Shown: positions 60,508-64,000 of the stretch, piece by piece
How the letters are laid out: every line of letters begins with the position of its first letter
Position numbering within the stretch: position 1 is the first letter of the stretch
Made by a program: the position numbers and the translations under genes
The notes under the pieces: generated by a model
What the model saw: only the letters and a program-made list of their open reading frames with translations
What the model was told of the DNA's origin: nothing
The model's database searches: none
Assembly (NCBI GenBank): GCA_002269645.1
Contig: NIVC01002776.1
Location: 77,405-141,404, forward strand
DNA: 64,000 bases
Source: Macrostomum lignano
Lineage: Eukaryota
Direction of reading: 5' to 3'

Positions 60508-61708
60508 GTTAAGGACCACTAGGAACACTTCGTTATTGATGCGTTCCTTATTACCAGTCCTTAACTGTAATCAAGGAACAATCACTTCTAGTTCTGTAGC
60601 TAGGCAACCCAGTAAGTCAACTGAAGGTATTCAATTACCTTTAATCCGGATGTGTAGATCTCTTCCTTGAGTTGACCTCGTAGATCTCGCTGACTGTCGT
60701 TCACAGTTGATCTGTCGATCAGGCGCCTTGTCTCTCCTGTTGCTCTGGTCCTGATTCTTCTTTGTCTCTAGCCGGCCGGTATCTGCAGTCAGGACCAATC
60801 AGAGGCCTCGTATCAACAATGGGATCCCTGCGCCAAACTGCGGTTTTAAATAAGTCTTCTCCTTCTAGCAGTGCCTCTATGCACTCTAGGAATAGCTCCG
60901 GAAACCACTGATAGTCTTATAAGATCTATCAGGGCAGTCCTTCTGGAGACTGCAACCAGTGGAGTCTAAACAGACTCAAGAGTCTCAACAAACTCAACTA
61001 AACTCAAGTCACACTAGACTTGAGTGAGACGTCTCAAACAACGGGCGCAAATGAGTAAGGCTTACCGCAAGTCACTCGACCGAGTCTCGAGTTGATCCAG
61101 GAAGTCTTGCTAAAGCTTCCTCTTCGGAGCTTCCTCTCGAGGAGAAGTTGTCTTCCAGATGCTCCAGAAATGACATATTTGACATATGACTTGTATTTAT
61201 AGGCAAACGAACCTCTCTCGAGGTCGTCCATCACTTTTTCGTAAATGTCAAAGGGTCACGATTCGGTGGCTGTCAAGCATGACAGGGTAGAAAGTTGCGC
61301 AACTAGTCTACTGTAAGCGCGAATGATTGGTTACCGTATCTTGGTGTTTTTCTGTCGCATTTGATTGGTTCATCCGGTGCAGACCGGGTGCAAGGCAGAT
61401 GATGAATCGCAGGCAGGGTTTGTTTTGACAAAAGTAGGTCACACGTGACCAATGATGAATCGCAGATGCGGTTTAACTTGACAATTGTAGGTCACGCATG
61501 ATTGGTGGGTTGCCAAGAATAACATGTTCGACTTTCCTCTCTTCTGATTGGTTGACTAAAATTACGCATGTGATTCAGTACTTATTTTTATACTTGCTAC
61601 TTGCTATACTACTGAATAAAACTTATAAGTAGTACGTTAACAATTTGTATGACTTTTTTGGGAGGTATAGCACTCTACATTATATAGTCTAGTCTAGTAG
61701 TCCTTAAC
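60508..61708. mobile_element. Putative 1.2-kb non-coding transposable element with 15-bp inverted ends
   Basis: GTTAAGGACCACTAG (60508-60522) and CTAGTAGTCCTTAAC (61694-61708) are 14/15 complementary. Interior has a TATA-like and a PBS-like motif on the minus strand. No convincing TSD. Confidence 0.45.
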
Positions 61709-62500
61709 ACACACCGACACACACAAACACACACACACACACAGACACACAGAGACACATACAGACACACGCACACACACACACAATGGAAGTTCGATTT
61801 AGTTTCTCTAACTTTCTTACCGCTTTGCATACACTGCTTCACATCCCTATCTCGCTACTCGTCAGTAAGCAGTCAGAAAAGCGGGCAGAAATTCGTAAAG
61901 GCAGGTTTTGTCAAGGTTTGATGATTTCGCATCTTAGGTACCGGAAATGCAATAAAATTTGCATCGATAACTCGCACTAGATCTAAGAAGTTAAGCTAAA
62001 ATACCAAGCTCATTTCCCAGGAAAAACGCGGCAGTAATTTCAGCAACTTCTTAAGTCTCTCAATTGCAACAGAAGTCGACAGCTTTTGAAAATTGAGCTT
62101 TTCAAACGAGATCAATTCAGAATTTTGAACTAATGGCTCTTGAATTTGAGCAGGACTTTATGGCTAGCCGAGAAAACTGTTCCCTGTTGCGTGCTAATTA
62201 AGGATTAAGGCAGTTTTTGAGTAGGACAACTCCTGAATAGGTCCTGCGTCTCAGCCGCTGCTAGAACCCCAACCCCATCTCCCGCAGCAGCGGGGAACTC
62301 CTGGAGTTCTGGAAGACAAAAGCGGAAAAAGCGTGAGGAGGCAGCGATGTTAGGTAGGGAATGCGCGGAGGCGGCAGGCACAGCAAGTTGCTGTAGCGAC
62401 TGCGCCACACAAACAAAATATGAGAGCGCGATCCAGTGTGCCTCGGCCGCACAAGCCCATCTGTGATTCGTTCTCAGATCCGCCCACAGAGGGGCCTCTC

Positions 62501-63037
62501 ATGGAGTATTTCAGCCTCCGCATTCCCTGCTGGGGAATGCTTGGTCTCTTCTCGGTCTTGTCGCTCGTCTTATCTTCTTCGTCTAGTCACAAGAAGCTTT
62601 TTAGCGTAAGATAGAAAATGGTGCAGCTGGCGACTTGTTAACTGTGCACTGCTGAGACTTATAAACAGGCCTGGTTTAACATGACCAAGCAAACTGATTT
62701 TCAGGTCACCTGGCCTGTCGGCTCTCCCTGGCCGCCCTGTTGACCATCGCGCGCTCTGCTGCTGCGGCATCGGAGCCGTCAGCGTTTTGAGGGCTGCTAC
62801 CTGGACAGTGGTCGGAAGAGCGAGTGTTTCTCGTATCACGGGAGACTACGATCCCGACCTCCTGGCAACAGAGGTGATCACCTGCGCCGCTAGCTGCAAG
62901 GCCAGCAGTTATCGCTACTCTGGAATCTGGCAGGCTCGCTTCTGCTTCTGCGCGCAGAACATCAGCTCGTGGCGAGCGCCACCTTCAACAGGACGGAAGC
63001 GGACGCCGGAAGCTGCACAGACGCCGAACACATTGCG
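62501..63037 (+). CDS. 5' part of a secreted or membrane WSC-domain gene with several frame disruptions (assembly errors or pseudogene)
   Basis: Signal-peptide-like exon 62501-62605 (MEYFSLRIPCWGMLGLFSVLSLVLSS...|GTAAGA). Exon from 62705 has FEGCYLDSG and TCAASCKASSYRYSGIWQARFCFCAQN, typical WSC motifs, in different frames. Donor GCG|GTAGGT at 63037. Confidence 0.55.
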
Positions 63038-63104
63038 GTAGGTGTCCTGAACATCTTGAGGGTTTGACAGGCCTAAGAAAAATTAGTATTCTATCGCGAG
63101 TTCA

Positions 63105-64000
63105 TCCATTCTGAGCTTGACAGTGTCATCCAGGGTGCGATAGAACAACGATCCTGAGCTGACAGTGTCATCTGGGATGCGATAGAACAACCCATACCTG
63201 AGCTTGACAGTGTCATTGGGATGCGATAGAAACACCAACCCATTCCTGAGCTTGACAGTGTCATCTGGGATGCGATAGAACAACCCATCCTGAGCTTGAC
63301 AGTGTCATCTGGGATGCGATAGAACAACCCATCCTGAGCTTGACAGTGTCATTTGGGATGCGATAGAACAACCCATCCTGAGCTTGACAGTGTCATCTGG
63401 GATGCGATAGAACAACCCATCCTGAGCTTGACAGTGTCATCTGGGATGCGATAGAAACAACCCATCCTGAGCTTGACAGTGTCATTTGGGATGCGATAGA
63501 ACAACCCATCCTGAGCTTGACAGTGTCATTTGGGATGCGAAGTAGAACAACCCATCCTTGAGCTTGACAGTGTCATCTTGGATGCGATAGAACAACCCAT
63601 CCTGAGCTTGCAGTGTCATCGGCATGCGATTAGAACAACCCATCCTGAGCTTGACAGTGTCATCTTGGATGCGATAGAACAACCCATCCTGAGCTTGACA
63701 GTGTTCATCTTGGATGCGATAGAACAACCCATCCTGAGCTTGACAGTGTCATTGGGATGCGATAGAACAACCCATCCTGAGCTTGACAGTGTCATCTGGA
63801 TGCCGATAGATGCGATAGAACAACCATCCTGAGCTTGACAGTGTCATCTTGGATGCGATAGAACAACCCATCCTGAGCTTGACAGTGTCATCTGGATGCG
63901 ATAGAACAACCCATCCTGAGCTTGACAGTGTCATCTGGGATGCGATAGAACAACCCATCCTGAGCTTGACAGTGTCATCTGGCATGCGATAGAATAATCC
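63105..64000. repeat. 44-bp minisatellite, about 20 copies with many indels, continuing past the window edge
   Basis: Unit ATCCTGAGCTTGACAGTGTCATCTGGGATGCGATAGAACAACCC. Confidence 0.94.

Overview
Eukaryotic (metazoan) genomic DNA with spliceosomal introns. By eye about one third of the window is tandem repeat (micro- and minisatellites). The repeat load, GC-rich exons, very short introns (about 40-80 nt) and acceptor sites directly before start codons suggest a flatworm such as Macrostomum; this is an inference, not proven. Gene models built by hand from GT-AG junctions and reading-frame continuity: RPS9 (partial, minus), TMEM167B/kish-B (minus), a WIP/verprolin-like gene with a 57-bp coding VNTR and a 1-nt frameshift, a RING-HC gene, a complete DSL (Delta-like) Notch ligand, two tandem Shisa-like single-TM paralogs with PPxY motifs, one unknown gene, a 13-exon SGSM1/2-like RUN-PH-TBC gene, a divergent tetraspanin-like gene, and a disrupted WSC-domain gene at the right edge. 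Mobile DNA: a hAT-type MITE with an exact 8-bp TSD, a decayed mariner, a decayed LINE, a tRNA-derived SINE and a 1.2-kb element with 15-bp inverted ends. Most notable: the TBC glutamine finger is replaced (GYSDG), the Notch ligand has a lysine-free tail, and several intronic minisatellites multiply splice signals. Most long ORFs in the supplied track are repeat artefacts. No prokaryotic systems or CRISPR arrays were seen.
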